The notes below the pieces were generated by a model, which had not been told where the DNA came from, ran no database searches, and saw only the letters and a list, made by a program, of their open reading frames with translations. Of a stretch of 58,200 nt of DNA, positions 15,701 to 26,070 are shown piece after piece. The stretch is from a virus. Its lineage: Duplodnaviria; Caudoviricetes. The position numbers were made by a program, and so were the translations under genes. The DNA lies in the IMG/VR virus record IMGVR_UViG_3300025889_000140, positions 1 to 58,200 of that record. The stretch is one strand, 5' to 3'. Within the stretch, counting starts at the first letter, position 1, and the number at the start of each line of letters is the position of its first letter.

Positions 15701-18700
15701 TGATATAAGCCTGTTTATTTGAGCTTGAGTATACATCTTAGACTTTGGTAAAGCCTTTCTTATATAGTTTCTTAATTGTATCTGTGCGGCCTTTAAATTT
15801 TGGCTATTTATTTTACGCTGTCTTAGGTTGTTTTTAATCGCAGCTATTTCTTTTTGCACAGCAACATTAGAACGTGTGTTCAATGTCTTGTCAAAGTCTA
15901 CTAGAATCTCCATCTGAGTTTGTTCTGGCTGAGCTTTGTAGATTGGATTCTCTTTAATTAAATCCATTGCCTTTTGTCTAACCTCAGATAATGTTTTTTC
16001 TGGCGTAGTAAACTTAGAAAGCTTCTGTCTCACCTCATTAAACAACTGCATGCCCTGGCTAACACCACCCTCTACTCTGCCAAACGCTTCTGGCAGTGGT
16101 GTAAATGCATCAACCTTAACTTCCATAGCAGCGTTTATATCAGCAACTTTAAAGCCTCTGTCTTTTAAAACCTCTTTAATAGATGCGTCTGAGAATCCGT
16201 TCTGTCTTCCCTTATTTATAATAGCACCCATTGAATCTGTCTTACTGAATGCAGCATCAGGATTCTTAAGTTTTTTCTCCTGAGCTTTAGTAAGGTTTAT
16301 TTCTTTACCAGCAAAGATGTCAGCAAGTGCAGTTCCAAGGAATGTATCTAGATTCATATCCTGAATTTCTTCAGCCGTCAAATCTTTTGACATTTTAAAT
16401 TGAGACTTGATGTAGTTCCACATACCTAAAAGCCACTGAGTAAATTTACTCTTTACTGCTCCGTCTGCTATTGTCTGTCCTTTGTTTCCAATAAGGATAG
16501 CCATAGTTTCATTAGCGGCCTTTGCTTTGTCTCCGTTGAAGTTCTTAAGTTGCTTCTTATATTCTTCTGTTTGCTCTACAAGTTTTACACCTTGTGCATA
16601 TATAGCTTTTCCTTTCTTTGTAGTCTGTAAGTAGTCAGTCCACACGTGACCCATCTCGTGAATAGATGTGTTAAATAAAGCTGATTGAGAATTATGTACG
16701 TCTGGATTTACATATATATCACCATCAACAGTAACACCATATATAACCTCATCACCTTTCAGATATTTTTTTACACCCTCAGACTCCATAACATTATTAA
16801 ATGTTGAAGTGTCAGTGGATATGGTGACAGACGGAAAAGAAATATTCATAAAAGCATTTAGCTTAGCAACATTATCCATGTTGGTTTGCGCTAGTGCTCC
16901 CTCAAATTCGAGTCCAGGTAAGCCATATTGTACTCCTAATTTTTGCGTCAATATAGTTCCAACACTAGCTGGAGCAAGCTCACCCTCAACTAATTGCCCT
17001 TTACTTTTTTCTGCTTTTGTTTTTGTTACTCTATCTTGTTTCGTTTCAGCTGATGTTAATCCAGCCATAGCTAATCTATAAGCTTCTGGGTAGGTTTCAA
17101 TCAATGAAACTGGCTGCTCTAATATCCCTATGGTTTTTCCTTTAGGACCAAAAGGATAATTAGGGTGATTTGTTTCTATAACATCATCAACTGTTACATC
17201 AACCGCCTGTAATGCTATTATACTTCTTTGTGGCACATTAGCTAGTTGAGGCTCAGTAATAAGGTCTGTAATTTCCTGTATATGAGTTAAGCTAGCAGTC
17301 TCTGTGCTAGCCTCCATGCCCTCTAATAAAGCAAGCGCAACAGGCTTACCGCTTTTAGTTGGCATAGTTACCTTTTTCTTTGGTGCACCAGCTCTACGAA
17401 CTGAACCAGTAGTAATTCTTTTACCCAGTAATTCTCTTGTGGGTATATTTAATTGAGACAGAAACTCTGCGTTTAATATTTGTTCTATTGAACTCATATC
17501 TTTCATAGCTTCTATAACATTCTCTATGTTTGTTATTTCTTCTTGATACTTTTTTAAAGTCGTATCAGTACCCTGACCTTTTTTAATTGACTCTGCTCTT
17601 CTATTTGCAATATCTTGCAGGTCTTGTCTTAAAACCTCTAAAGCTTTTACTTTGTTTTCAGCAGGTACTTTAGACAGGTTGTCTTTAAGTACTCTAAAAA
17701 CAGCTTCATTTGAAGCTATAGAGCCCTCACCCATCTTAACGATGTTCATAGGAACATGTCCATTAAATTCTGGATTGTCTTTCCAGAACTTATCAAACAA
17801 TTCTTTGTTATCGTTGTATACTTTCTTTGCTTTGTCTAATAATCTTTGTGCTTCTTCTTTTGTAGTACTTGCCCACGCAGCGTTCTCATTTCCAATTGTA
17901 CCAGTAAATCCTAATCCACCTCTTAAATTATCTATGGTGTTTCCAGTAAAAATATTTACAATGTTACCTGTAGTAAGCTGGTCTGATATATTAAATATAG
18001 CAGGTATACCATTAATTACCTCTAAGGTTTTTATTGATGGAAGCTTTCTGTCTGTTCTGCTATTGAGTTCGTTAACATCAATAGTGCCCTCAGGTTTTAC
18101 CACAAGATTGGTAGACACGTTTCCTGACTGCGTTTCGTTGATTGCCTTAGTGACTGCATCTACTTCACCTTTTATAGGGGTAAATGAATCGTCTTCTTTC
18201 TTTCTGAAGTCTACCTTAGTATCGTCTAAGGAAGTTTCTAAATCAGCAACCTCTTGTGCTGCAGCAGTTGCGCTAGCTTGTAGCTCTTTTATTCCTGGCA
18301 GGTATTCTTCTGTAGTAATACCCTGGAACTTAGCGTCATTCTCTACTGCTTGGAGGAGCGAGTTATAAAGACTTGACCCAGTTTGTCGGTCAGCGGACCT
18401 TTTGCTCGCAGCTCGTCCAAGAATTTCTTTCCTTTTTCCCTGGTCGACATAGACGGAGTTGACTGGTCGGTAGTTTTGTTTTTCATAAGTAATATTATTA
18501 GCTTCTAATTCCTGTACAAAGATACCAATTTTATCTTGAAGAGTTGGGTCATCAAAGTCAAATATATTTATAAAACTTACTTCCCCTGTATCTTCGTTGA
18601 TAGTAAAATCAGTTATCCCTGCTTTTTTCAAAGCATCTATTGTGCCTTGAGTATCTGTAACATTTAATGTATATTCATTTCCATTGTGGTTTTCTGCTCC

Positions 18701-21700
18701 CTCTTCAACATAAGTAGCAGCAATGCTACTCTCTTGTGTTTCAGGAGCTAAGGCAGCTGCTAATGCAGCATATTCCTCTGCTTGTTCTATTGTTGCATTC
18801 TTCAATACAACTCTGTTAGATATCTCTACTATCTCTGTACCTGCATCGTTTTTATACCCACCGATACCCTCTTCAACTTCAACCTCTAATCCTAGTTGTT
18901 GTCCTATACCAGTTAAGTTGTTCTTATATTGCTGATAGCCCTCGCTTTCTCTTAACGTCTGTGCTTGTTCAGCACTCTCAATTGTAGTGTCGAAGAATGG
19001 AGCAACAGCTACGACTGTCTCTGGTTTAGTAGTAGGCGTTACAGTTATACCTAGTTTTTGTTTCTGGTCAGTAGTTAATTGAGCTATTTTTTTAGGATTG
19101 TTTACTTCAGTGCCACTTCTCTCTGATGTTTTTTCAAAGACCTCTTCACCAGGTGCAAAAACATCTTTCACTTGTTGTTCAGCAGTTATTCCATCTCTAA
19201 TAACTATATCATTGTCTGCAAGGTTTACGTCAAAAGCACCTGAGTCATCAATAAGAGTTCCATCTGAATCAAACCTTTTAACTCTTGCACCTGTACCAAA
19301 GGAGCCATCTAAGTATGTTTTTACAGTTACCTCTTGTCTACTTCCATCTTCATTAGTTACAGTAAATGTTTCTTCCTTTAAAACAACATTATTATCTTGA
19401 AACTTTTTAGTTTCAACTACCTCCTGCGTTTCGGTGGTCTCAACCCCTGGGGTTTCTTCGAGTGATACTTCTGTTCCCACTCCTGTGCCAATTGCGGCTT
19501 GTTGGCGTGCATCCACGCTCTCTGTTTCTGGCTTTTGAACGGCATTTATTTTATCATTTAATTGGTTAGCAACTTCTTCATCATTAACAACCTTACCATT
19601 GAACTTAGTCAGCTCACGAACACTCATTTTACCAAGCTTCTTTAAGAACTCTTGCTTGGTGTAACTCTTTCCGTCAATTACATACTGAGATAGACCAGCT
19701 CTAACATCACCAACCTCTACGCCTGGTGAGAATATAGATTCTATCTTTGCTCTCTTGTTGTCTGGAGCTAATGATTTGTTTTCTATAAGATATGCAATCT
19801 CTGCATTTATATCTTTTATCTTCTGACTAAACACTTCTTTACGATTAGTGTCTGCAGTATATTCTTCTTTGGCCGCTAACAATTCCATTAGTCTAGCCTT
19901 AACTCTTTTATTCTTAGGTCTGTTTTTACTTCTTCCAAAATCCAGCATATTATCTGCATCTTTAGATAGGCCTAAGTTTTTTTGTATACGTTGTCCTTGG
20001 TCTTCGTTAATCTTACCAAGTGCAAGCATATTATTTGTCCATGCTGATATTCTGGTGTCTGATTCTTTCTCGTTAACAATAAAGTTTATATCTGTAAGCT
20101 TAGAAGCAAGCTCTATGTTAGACATATTACGTGCATCTATAAGCTTGTTAACAGCCATCATACTGGCGTTGCTACCAAAACCACCGATACCCTCAGCCGC
20201 AATATCTTTCCAATCTAACTGGTCACCAACTACAACTTGAGCTGTTGCTTCACCAGCCATCTCACCAATAGGGTCAAAGATAGCACGTTCAGCTAATTGC
20301 GATGCAATTTTTTTAGTTCTTGTTGCTGTCTTACCTACCTTAAAAACACGACCAGCTAATCCTGAAGTAAAATAATCAACCATTGCAATTGGAATACCAC
20401 GTTTAAAACCACGTTCTTTAGCTAATGCCCATACATCTTCATCTTGTATAGCTAACTCAACGTCTTTAGCATCAAGAACATCATAGCCCTCAGATTCCAT
20501 AGCTGCAAAAAACTCATTAGTATATTCCATGGCTAAATTTGTCATAGCCATACCAGCTCTAGCTCCTTTTTGAGCTCCTAATACTGCTCCAGGAATTGCT
20601 CCAACCCCACCAGCAGTTGCTCCAACCCCTGCACCAACCCCTGCACCAGTCACTGTAGAAGCTGTTACTATTTCAAATCCATAAGGTAGCATCATAGCTA
20701 TAGAATTTGCAGCTAAAGACAATGCTAATTCTCCAGGGTTTCTTAAAAAAGCATCTAAGCTTTCTCTAAACCCTTTAGCCCTGTAGTATCTTGATAATGC
20801 TCTTGAATCTTTTTTACCTCTGTTTTTAGTCTTAAAAGCTACTATCATTTCAGCGGCTTTTTTTACATCTTCTGGATTGTCAAGGTCTAATGATTGAAAA
20901 TCAAAAGGCATACCAGTAGATAACTGAAGTATTACTTCAGCGGCATTACCATCATTAAGACCTTTCCGTATTTCGTTTAGTGCTGCAGAGAAGCCTGTCT
21001 CGAACTCACCCATAATACTTTTATCGTACTTAGCACTATAAAAAGTCTTAGCTGATTCATATATGTTTGCTGCATGTTGTTTCTCTGCATTGAGCGATGC
21101 GACCTGAACTTTGAAGCTGTCTAGTAATGCAGCTTCTCTCTCTGTTTCTGGCTTTACGTCTGTTAAGTTTTTTAGTTCAACACCAAAAGTTTCTAGTGCT
21201 TCAATTTCCAACGCTTCCTCAAAAGCTTTGGCTTGATAGTTTGCAATTGATGCGTCTTTAGCTAATGCTGAATATTTTTTCTGTAATAACAAGTCATATT
21301 TTTCTCTCAATTCTATCTTTTCTGATGTATTAACCTCAGAATATAAATCATCTTCTATTTTTTTAAGCTCTGCTAAAACCTCATCAGTATCATCTCTTAA
21401 AATACCATCGACATATAAGCCACCATAAAGTTTCTTTTGCTCAGGTGTTAGCTCTTCAATATAATCTGCTCCGAAATCTGCAACCTGAGATTCTATAAAA
21501 TCTATTTTATCTCTTACCTCTAAATACTTATCATATTTTGCTTGTTCAGTTTTAAAGTTTAGACCAGTATCTGAGTATAATTTTTTACCTACGGCATCTG
21601 TCGAGTGTGTGTCTTTCCACTCACCCTCTGCAAATCTTTGTGCTTCTTCTTCTGTATCAAACTGAAAAACCTCACCCCTTTCTTCAGCTACTTTTTTTGC

Positions 21701-22714
21701 TTCCTCAAAATCTAACTTCATCCAGTCATTAGGATTCGTTCCGTAGAACTCAGGATTTTTTGGGAATAAAGTTGGAATAGCATAATGCTTTCCATCTTCC
21801 TCATAAGATGTCATCAAGACAGTAGAGGCAGTCCCATCAGCATTTATCAGCCCTACTCTTCGTAGCTGTTGAGCTTTTAAAGATTTACCCTCGAAGTCTA
21901 AGGCTTCATTTGTTTCAAACTCTTCAAGAGCATGTTGCGATAAAAAGTTTTTTAGCTTTTGAGATTCTAATATCTCTGTGTCTGTGGTAAAAGGGTCGAG
22001 GTCAATTGTTTCTGTAGCTGAACCATCAAAATTAGTAACAATCATTTTGTCACCAATACCAGTTTCTTCAAAACTAAACCCATACTTCTGAAACTTTTTA
22101 TTTAAAGCAGGGACAACAGACTCTTCTTCTTGAGCAATAAGGTCAGCAGTAACAATTGATAAATCATTTTGAAACTGTTCACTTTGTTGTAGTAATGTTT
22201 GGTTTATTTTTTGCTGCTCTAACTGAGCTTCTTGGTCTAGCTTTTCTTGAGTTTTAAAAGCTTCCATGTCCAGTTTACGCTGAGCATCAAAAGCCTCTTT
22301 AGCTTCTCTTTCTTGAGCTACTTGAACAGGGTCTCTAAACTTTGGCTGTGCAACTCTTGTTTGGTCTATCGCTTGTACTGGAGGTTGCTCTCGTAAATCA
22401 ACACCATCTTCTTGAATATTGTACTTAGTCTTGAATCGCTCCAATAAACCAACTTCCGAATCTGAGACCGAAGCGTCTTTTTTTTTTACTTCAACCTCAT
22501 CTTCAACAAACGATTCTGTTTTAAGCTTAGGGGACTTGTACTTCAACAAAAACTCTTCTTTTGTTTTGGTATATAAACCATCTCTAGATACCACTCCAAA
22601 CACTTGGTCTTTGTACGCATCGCTTCCGTTATACTTCTGTATAAATTCTTCGTAAGAATTAGTGTAATATCCCTCTCTTACTAGAGTATCATAAAGTTTT
22701 TTTAATTCGTCCAT
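12773..22714 (-). CDS. giant virion/ejection (polyvalent-type) protein with zincin HExxH motif
   Basis: 3313-aa ORF at end of structural operon; IHEMGHVW; Gly/Ala hydrophobic segment. Confidence 0.75.
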   Translation of the reverse strand: MDELKKLYDTLVREGYYTNSYEEFIQKYNGSDAYKDQVFGVVSRDGLYTKTKEEFLLKYKSPKLKTESFVEDEVEVKKKDASVSDSEVGLLERFKTKYNIQEDGVDLREQPPVQAIDQTRVAQPKFRDPVQVAQEREAKEAFDAQRKLDMEAFKTQEKLDQEAQLEQQKINQTLLQQSEQFQNDLSIVTADLIAQEEESVVPALNKKFQKYGFSFEETGIGDKMIVTNFDGSATETIDLDPFTTDTEILESQKLKNFLSQHALEEFETNEALDFEGKSLKAQQLRRVGLINADGTASTVLMTSYEEDGKHYAIPTLFPKNPEFYGTNPNDWMKLDFEEAKKVAEERGEVFQFDTEEEAQRFAEGEWKDTHSTDAVGKKLYSDTGLNFKTEQAKYDKYLEVRDKIDFIESQVADFGADYIEELTPEQKKLYGGLYVDGILRDDTDEVLAELKKIEDDLYSEVNTSEKIELREKYDLLLQKKYSALAKDASIANYQAKAFEEALEIEALETFGVELKNLTDVKPETEREAALLDSFKVQVASLNAEKQHAANIYESAKTFYSAKYDKSIMGEFETGFSAALNEIRKGLNDGNAAEVILQLSTGMPFDFQSLDLDNPEDVKKAAEMIVAFKTKNRGKKDSRALSRYYRAKGFRESLDAFLRNPGELALSLAANSIAMMLPYGFEIVTASTVTGAGVGAGVGATAGGVGAIPGAVLGAQKGARAGMAMTNLAMEYTNEFFAAMESEGYDVLDAKDVELAIQDEDVWALAKERGFKRGIPIAMVDYFTSGLAGRVFKVGKTATRTKKIASQLAERAIFDPIGEMAGEATAQVVVGDQLDWKDIAAEGIGGFGSNASMMAVNKLIDARNMSNIELASKLTDINFIVNEKESDTRISAWTNNMLALGKINEDQGQRIQKNLGLSKDADNMLDFGRSKNRPKNKRVKARLMELLAAKEEYTADTNRKEVFSQKIKDINAEIAYLIENKSLAPDNKRAKIESIFSPGVEVGDVRAGLSQYVIDGKSYTKQEFLKKLGKMSVRELTKFNGKVVNDEEVANQLNDKINAVQKPETESVDARQQAAIGTGVGTEVSLEETPGVETTETQEVVETKKFQDNNVVLKEETFTVTNEDGSRQEVTVKTYLDGSFGTGARVKRFDSDGTLIDDSGAFDVNLADNDIVIRDGITAEQQVKDVFAPGEEVFEKTSERSGTEVNNPKKIAQLTTDQKQKLGITVTPTTKPETVVAVAPFFDTTIESAEQAQTLRESEGYQQYKNNLTGIGQQLGLEVEVEEGIGGYKNDAGTEIVEISNRVVLKNATIEQAEEYAALAAALAPETQESSIAATYVEEGAENHNGNEYTLNVTDTQGTIDALKKAGITDFTINEDTGEVSFINIFDFDDPTLQDKIGIFVQELEANNITYEKQNYRPVNSVYVDQGKRKEILGRAASKRSADRQTGSSLYNSLLQAVENDAKFQGITTEEYLPGIKELQASATAAAQEVADLETSLDDTKVDFRKKEDDSFTPIKGEVDAVTKAINETQSGNVSTNLVVKPEGTIDVNELNSRTDRKLPSIKTLEVINGIPAIFNISDQLTTGNIVNIFTGNTIDNLRGGLGFTGTIGNENAAWASTTKEEAQRLLDKAKKVYNDNKELFDKFWKDNPEFNGHVPMNIVKMGEGSIASNEAVFRVLKDNLSKVPAENKVKALEVLRQDLQDIANRRAESIKKGQGTDTTLKKYQEEITNIENVIEAMKDMSSIEQILNAEFLSQLNIPTRELLGKRITTGSVRRAGAPKKKVTMPTKSGKPVALALLEGMEASTETASLTHIQEITDLITEPQLANVPQRSIIALQAVDVTVDDVIETNHPNYPFGPKGKTIGILEQPVSLIETYPEAYRLAMAGLTSAETKQDRVTKTKAEKSKGQLVEGELAPASVGTILTQKLGVQYGLPGLEFEGALAQTNMDNVAKLNAFMNISFPSVTISTDTSTFNNVMESEGVKKYLKGDEVIYGVTVDGDIYVNPDVHNSQSALFNTSIHEMGHVWTDYLQTTKKGKAIYAQGVKLVEQTEEYKKQLKNFNGDKAKAANETMAILIGNKGQTIADGAVKSKFTQWLLGMWNYIKSQFKMSKDLTAEEIQDMNLDTFLGTALADIFAGKEINLTKAQEKKLKNPDAAFSKTDSMGAIINKGRQNGFSDASIKEVLKDRGFKVADINAAMEVKVDAFTPLPEAFGRVEGGVSQGMQLFNEVRQKLSKFTTPEKTLSEVRQKAMDLIKENPIYKAQPEQTQMEILVDFDKTLNTRSNVAVQKEIAAIKNNLRQRKINSQNLKAAQIQLRNYIRKALPKSKMYTQAQINRLISRVTKSTVDTFQADTEYVMKIVDQQKTKMKNALVKDMLKLVKAKAMTAFTKSGKRRAKGLSREGTAYFKAVKQILTADIDDLNKIQQDLQNESTEINNLIEKQNDGQKLTQKEQAKVNLALAMDTFGDVSNMSLEEVQDLMQQLKDVRAESIATFKSRRQARVEANKKMKEEADAQIKDTNPMLFDADGNVLNKNERNARKNEILSHFRSFEIGKAFSALGERMAFSTAKEFIQNMKQMFQHLGTLSNVLDRVTQGKNFFTKNVYDALNRMDDLNNAGVFQTQAKLDAIANTIPGITKGAKQIYSKLNSGVHVLKLKRSDTGREYTDRFNADELMRIYALSLNDVQRQKLEAQGITPEVIENIKSIIGPEAVEFTDKTVNFLSNEYYESVNDVYSYVNDVNLGYVNNYFPTSTIQKETTKKMITDGDFNGVFNAESAPAFKERVDMRSDVDLHAGTFTTVLKNHVDTMEKYKAYAVGTQRLNALFKIDSVNVLLEEMGVTGPIKKAVNFAINPDSGKDASLSIKLIARLQTQFTGFALAFKAIQILKQATSFVNAYSDYSYFPANSRVPRIIQAAVDLPMFMIDGAKVALSLGKDLVGKKGAIREAMEISPTFRKRVEQGLEGDVYGLESGSQTFKKTALTGGKLKRAQAAFKTAAASPTIIGDVLGVMGYMINYKRNIANGMSKADAVKAFNDYNATQQSRRGTDKIPLQMNSNIFNRAFTMFGSTLFLQMNKVMQSTTNITRDMANKKRPRSKDTRDLALNLAVANVLFVGVSNIAKFIKGDDEDKEAALKKMAEAMMGLNLIYQIPFLGSTVEGLDVAGRVISAIKGEEYKQKGRIFNDDIVNPVASVLQKYRKLTKNGESEIGAVTRALAEITIGAQLDPFIGLYNYFGGEEEDLDPAVYDMLGISPSYRPENKGSVSKGMSKKDMKKFAPGLYEELYGPGGSLAPVEQLKKDERKRKRDLQKEIDAAMGLD

Positions 22715-22723
22715 AGATGTTTA

Positions 22724-24610
22724 TTAATCAAGTTCACCACTTCCACGTGTAGACCTTACTTGTGTTCTAGTTTTTTTCTTTCCACCTCTATTACTTACAG
22801 TAGTGGTTTGCAGAATAATTCCCTCTTCGTCAGTTAAACTTTTGGTTATAAGGTCTTTTATTTCTTTAGAATACCCTGGCTTACTAATATCAACTTCTCC
22901 TAGTGTTGTACCGCCTTTCTTGATTTTAACAAACTTATCTTTGTTATCACCAACGCCATAAGATTGTTCTATATTAAATCCTTTTGGTAATTTGTTTTTA
23001 AAAGCTTTTACCGCTTCACCATTTGCATCATCAATAACTCCTGTTACATTACCATTCTTATCTTTAGTAACAAACTCATGTCTTGTTTCATCTATGTCCT
23101 CATCCAAAATTCTTCTAAATGCCTCTTGTGTAGATTCTTCTCTCTCTACAGCTCCTGCACTAAATCCTGTTGATGTTGCGTTAAAGTCTTCTGTTAAATC
23201 AATACCTGATTTAGTTATGACCTCATTTATGTTTCCAATCTTACTCTTATCATCTAAGAAGAAGTTTGCGCTTGCAGTGACCCAAGAAGTCTGGTCTAAT
23301 GGAGTTCCGTCCTTGCCTGTCCAAGAAAGTGTTTCTGCAGCTCTACCATCATTAAATGTAATAATAACATTTTCCCCTGTTCTATCAATTGACTCAATAT
23401 TAGGGTTGATACTTCTTAAGAAATCTTCAGCTTCTTTTACTTGCGCATCATCACCATAATATAATTGAGCTACATTACTTACAACATTTTTATCCTTATC
23501 CTCTTTAGTACCTTTAGCCACTTCAGCAGCACTTTCTTTAGGCTCTTGATAAGTAGTAATAGTTTTCTCTCTATCTATTTTATTTCTAAAGTTTGTTTGA
23601 ACACTCTCAAAAACTAATTTCTTTTGCTTATCACTAAGTAGCGGCTCTATTCTACCACTACCATCGTCTCTAATCAAAACTTTATTAGGGTCTTTTTTTG
23701 CTTCGTCAGCATCAAATGTAGGTTCAAATGGTACGCCAGTGTCTGGATTGATGGCTATGGTGTTTGTGAGAACAGATAATCCGTTTAATGGATTAGCTTC
23801 TAAATAGCCATTAATCATGTCTTTTTCCATGCTTAGAAAGCTATCTACGGCTTTTTCACCATTAGGACCTAGTGTCCCACGCATAGTTGGGTCTAGTAAT
23901 TTAGTTATAGTACCTGCATATTCTGGGCCTCCAGCTCTTCTTACACTATCTATAAAAGTCCCTAACCTCTCAGCTTCCATAGTCATAGTTCCTGACACAT
24001 CAAACTTATCGTACTTTTCTTTGTATCTATTACGTAACTGATTAACAGTCATGAAGTCATTAGGATTTTTACTTAATACTCTTGTGCCTCCAGGGCCGTC
24101 AACGAGCTTACCAATACTTACGCTTCCATCTTCTTGGTTTATATAGGACTGAGCATTCTTAAGATTAGAAAGACCCTCTATATTAGCCATCAACCAGGAC
24201 TCTAGTTCTTGACTTTTTCCCTCTTTTAACCTGGCCATTTTTTCTGTATACTCAGCCTGGTATTCTTCAGCTAAACCAAATAGTTGTTTAGTCCCATCAG
24301 TTAAGTTCTGACGAGCTACAGTGTAATCTCTATCTTTCATTACACCACTCTTTAAAAGCCTGTCTTGAATAAGACGCATACGTGAAGCGTCAGCAGCATG
24401 GTTTAATGCAAAGGTGTTTGCTGTTTTAAAATCTCCAGATGGAGCATCGTTAAGAGTATCTTGGTATTCTCTGGTTGCCTTGTCAAAAGCATCTCTTTTA
24501 GCTTGTCTTTCAGCTCCAGCTTCTAATAAAATATTAGATAAGTTTGCGCCTACTTCCTGCCAGTTAACACCAGCAGCGTTTTCTCTTTTTACGTATCCGT
24601 AATAACTCAT
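22724..24610 (-). CDS. putative internal virion (ejection) protein
   Basis: 628 aa, positioned before giant gene. Confidence 0.55.
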   Translation of the reverse strand: MSYYGYVKRENAAGVNWQEVGANLSNILLEAGAERQAKRDAFDKATREYQDTLNDAPSGDFKTANTFALNHAADASRMRLIQDRLLKSGVMKDRDYTVARQNLTDGTKQLFGLAEEYQAEYTEKMARLKEGKSQELESWLMANIEGLSNLKNAQSYINQEDGSVSIGKLVDGPGGTRVLSKNPNDFMTVNQLRNRYKEKYDKFDVSGTMTMEAERLGTFIDSVRRAGGPEYAGTITKLLDPTMRGTLGPNGEKAVDSFLSMEKDMINGYLEANPLNGLSVLTNTIAINPDTGVPFEPTFDADEAKKDPNKVLIRDDGSGRIEPLLSDKQKKLVFESVQTNFRNKIDREKTITTYQEPKESAAEVAKGTKEDKDKNVVSNVAQLYYGDDAQVKEAEDFLRSINPNIESIDRTGENVIITFNDGRAAETLSWTGKDGTPLDQTSWVTASANFFLDDKSKIGNINEVITKSGIDLTEDFNATSTGFSAGAVEREESTQEAFRRILDEDIDETRHEFVTKDKNGNVTGVIDDANGEAVKAFKNKLPKGFNIEQSYGVGDNKDKFVKIKKGGTTLGEVDISKPGYSKEIKDLITKSLTDEEGIILQTTTVSNRGGKKKTRTQVRSTRGSGELD

Positions 24611-24627
24611 TTAATTACTCTTTTTAA

Positions 24628-25536
24628 TTAAAAACCTAACTGCTGCTTTAACATCATTCTTTGTTCTGGAGTCATCTGCATTAACTGGTCCATAAACTCT
24701 ACTCCTTGTAGGCCGCCTAGTTGTTGAAAATCAGCTATAGGAGTAGTTACAAGATTACCGCTTGAATCTGTAGTCATCGTATTTCCTAAAGAACCAAAAG
24801 TATTAGCATCATAGCTTAACCCACCAACAGCTTGTTGAAACTGTTGATTCATCATTGGTTTTAAGTTCTGTCTGTACTCTCTACCTGTTCGAGGACCTTG
24901 TCCAGCAAACTGACCAGTTCCTGCTAGGTAATCTGCTTTTTGTTGTTTTGTAAAATCTTTCTGCATACTAGCTACGTCTCTAGCTTCTGCGCTTTTTCCA
25001 TAAGTGGGCATCATTTGAAGTCCTTGAGAAATAGTGCTTCCTACACCAGCTAAAGCTTGCTGGTTAAGCTGAGCTCTAGCATCTGCTGCTTGTGCTGCTG
25101 CTTGCTGAGCACCAGCGGCTTCACCAAGTTTTATCTGCATTCTGATATCACTCTTACGAGTTTCTTCGTCAGCGGCTAATTTTTCCAGTTCTGACATCTC
25201 TTTACCTTGAGCAGTTCTGATTGCTCCAGAAGCTTGAACCGCTCCCTCTTGAACTCTTTGAGAACCACCCAAAACGCCACGCTGGTCACCCTCTCTTAGG
25301 GCTTCCATTTCTGTTTTTATCTGAGCACCAAGTGTATCCTGCATTTGCTCGTATGGCTCTTGTTGTATTGCTAGAGCTTTCATTTCATTTTTTGTTAGCT
25401 CTTTCTCTACTTCAGCCATAGCTTGTGCGGCAGACCTTGCTGCTGCCTCTTCCATTCTTTTTTGTTTACCAGCACCGATAAAACTCATTGTGGTTGTTCC
25501 TGCTGTTATAACTAAGCCTGCTATTGCTCCTGACAT
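24628..25536 (-). CDS. putative internal virion (ejection) protein
   Basis: Ala/Gln/Gly-rich, hydrophobic N-terminus then coiled coil, typical of podovirus core proteins. Confidence 0.55.
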   Translation of the reverse strand: MSGAIAGLVITAGTTTMSFIGAGKQKRMEEAAARSAAQAMAEVEKELTKNEMKALAIQQEPYEQMQDTLGAQIKTEMEALREGDQRGVLGGSQRVQEGAVQASGAIRTAQGKEMSELEKLAADEETRKSDIRMQIKLGEAAGAQQAAAQAADARAQLNQQALAGVGSTISQGLQMMPTYGKSAEARDVASMQKDFTKQQKADYLAGTGQFAGQGPRTGREYRQNLKPMMNQQFQQAVGGLSYDANTFGSLGNTMTTDSSGNLVTTPIADFQQLGGLQGVEFMDQLMQMTPEQRMMLKQQLGF

Positions 25537-26048
25537 AATAATTTTTTATTTAATATAACATACTCAGGTAGTTCTTTATAATCTTCCGTATAAACCTCTG
25601 CCTCAGCATCTTCAATTGTTTTAGCGTTTGTTCTGTATACGCACACCCAAGTTGTATCTTCATGTATATAAGCAACTCGTTGTGTACCTATCTCAGTCAT
25701 CACTTTCATTGGTGCTTTTATTCTTTTTACTTCACCTGTGTCTAGTAAAACTGACATCTCACCTTTTAAAAAAAAAGATGGGTGGTTTTGTTTATGAATA
25801 AAACTTACAACCAATGTGCCTTTCGGCATAAAAATCTCTCTGGTATATAGTCCGTCTTTTAAATGATGAGTAACTGGCATCAACTCGTCCATTTCAGGAG
25901 TGTGGTGCTTTACTGAACCATTATGTACTAAGACGTTCTCTTTGAATGTATTAATATTCTCCCAAAGAAGACCTCTATTTTGATGGACATACTCTAATAT
26001 ATTTTCTGGTTTATTTTTCTTTTTCCTAAATATACTTAATATACCCAT
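25521..26048 (-). CDS. cupin-fold-like phage protein
   Basis: HHLKDGLYTREIFMPKGTLVVSFIHKQNH..GEMSV. Confidence 0.6.
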   Translation of the reverse strand: MGILSIFRKKKNKPENILEYVHQNRGLLWENINTFKENVLVHNGSVKHHTPEMDELMPVTHHLKDGLYTREIFMPKGTLVVSFIHKQNHPSFFLKGEMSVLLDTGEVKRIKAPMKVMTEIGTQRVAYIHEDTTWVCVYRTNAKTIEDAEAEVYTEDYKELPEYVILNKKLLCQEQ

Positions 26049-26056
26049 AACTTTTA

Positions 26057-26064
26057 CAAAGATA
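26057..26064 (-). promoter_or_regulatory. -7 promoter element TATCTTTG
   Basis: within a 22-nt sequence identical to 48650-48671. Confidence 0.55.
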
Positions 26065-26070
26065 TGAATT

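Noticed and set aside
16700-16745. VDGD in the giant protein as an RNA polymerase DxDGD motif
   Set aside because: The first Asp is missing (TVDGD) and the context is the strand preceding the HExxH peptidase motif.
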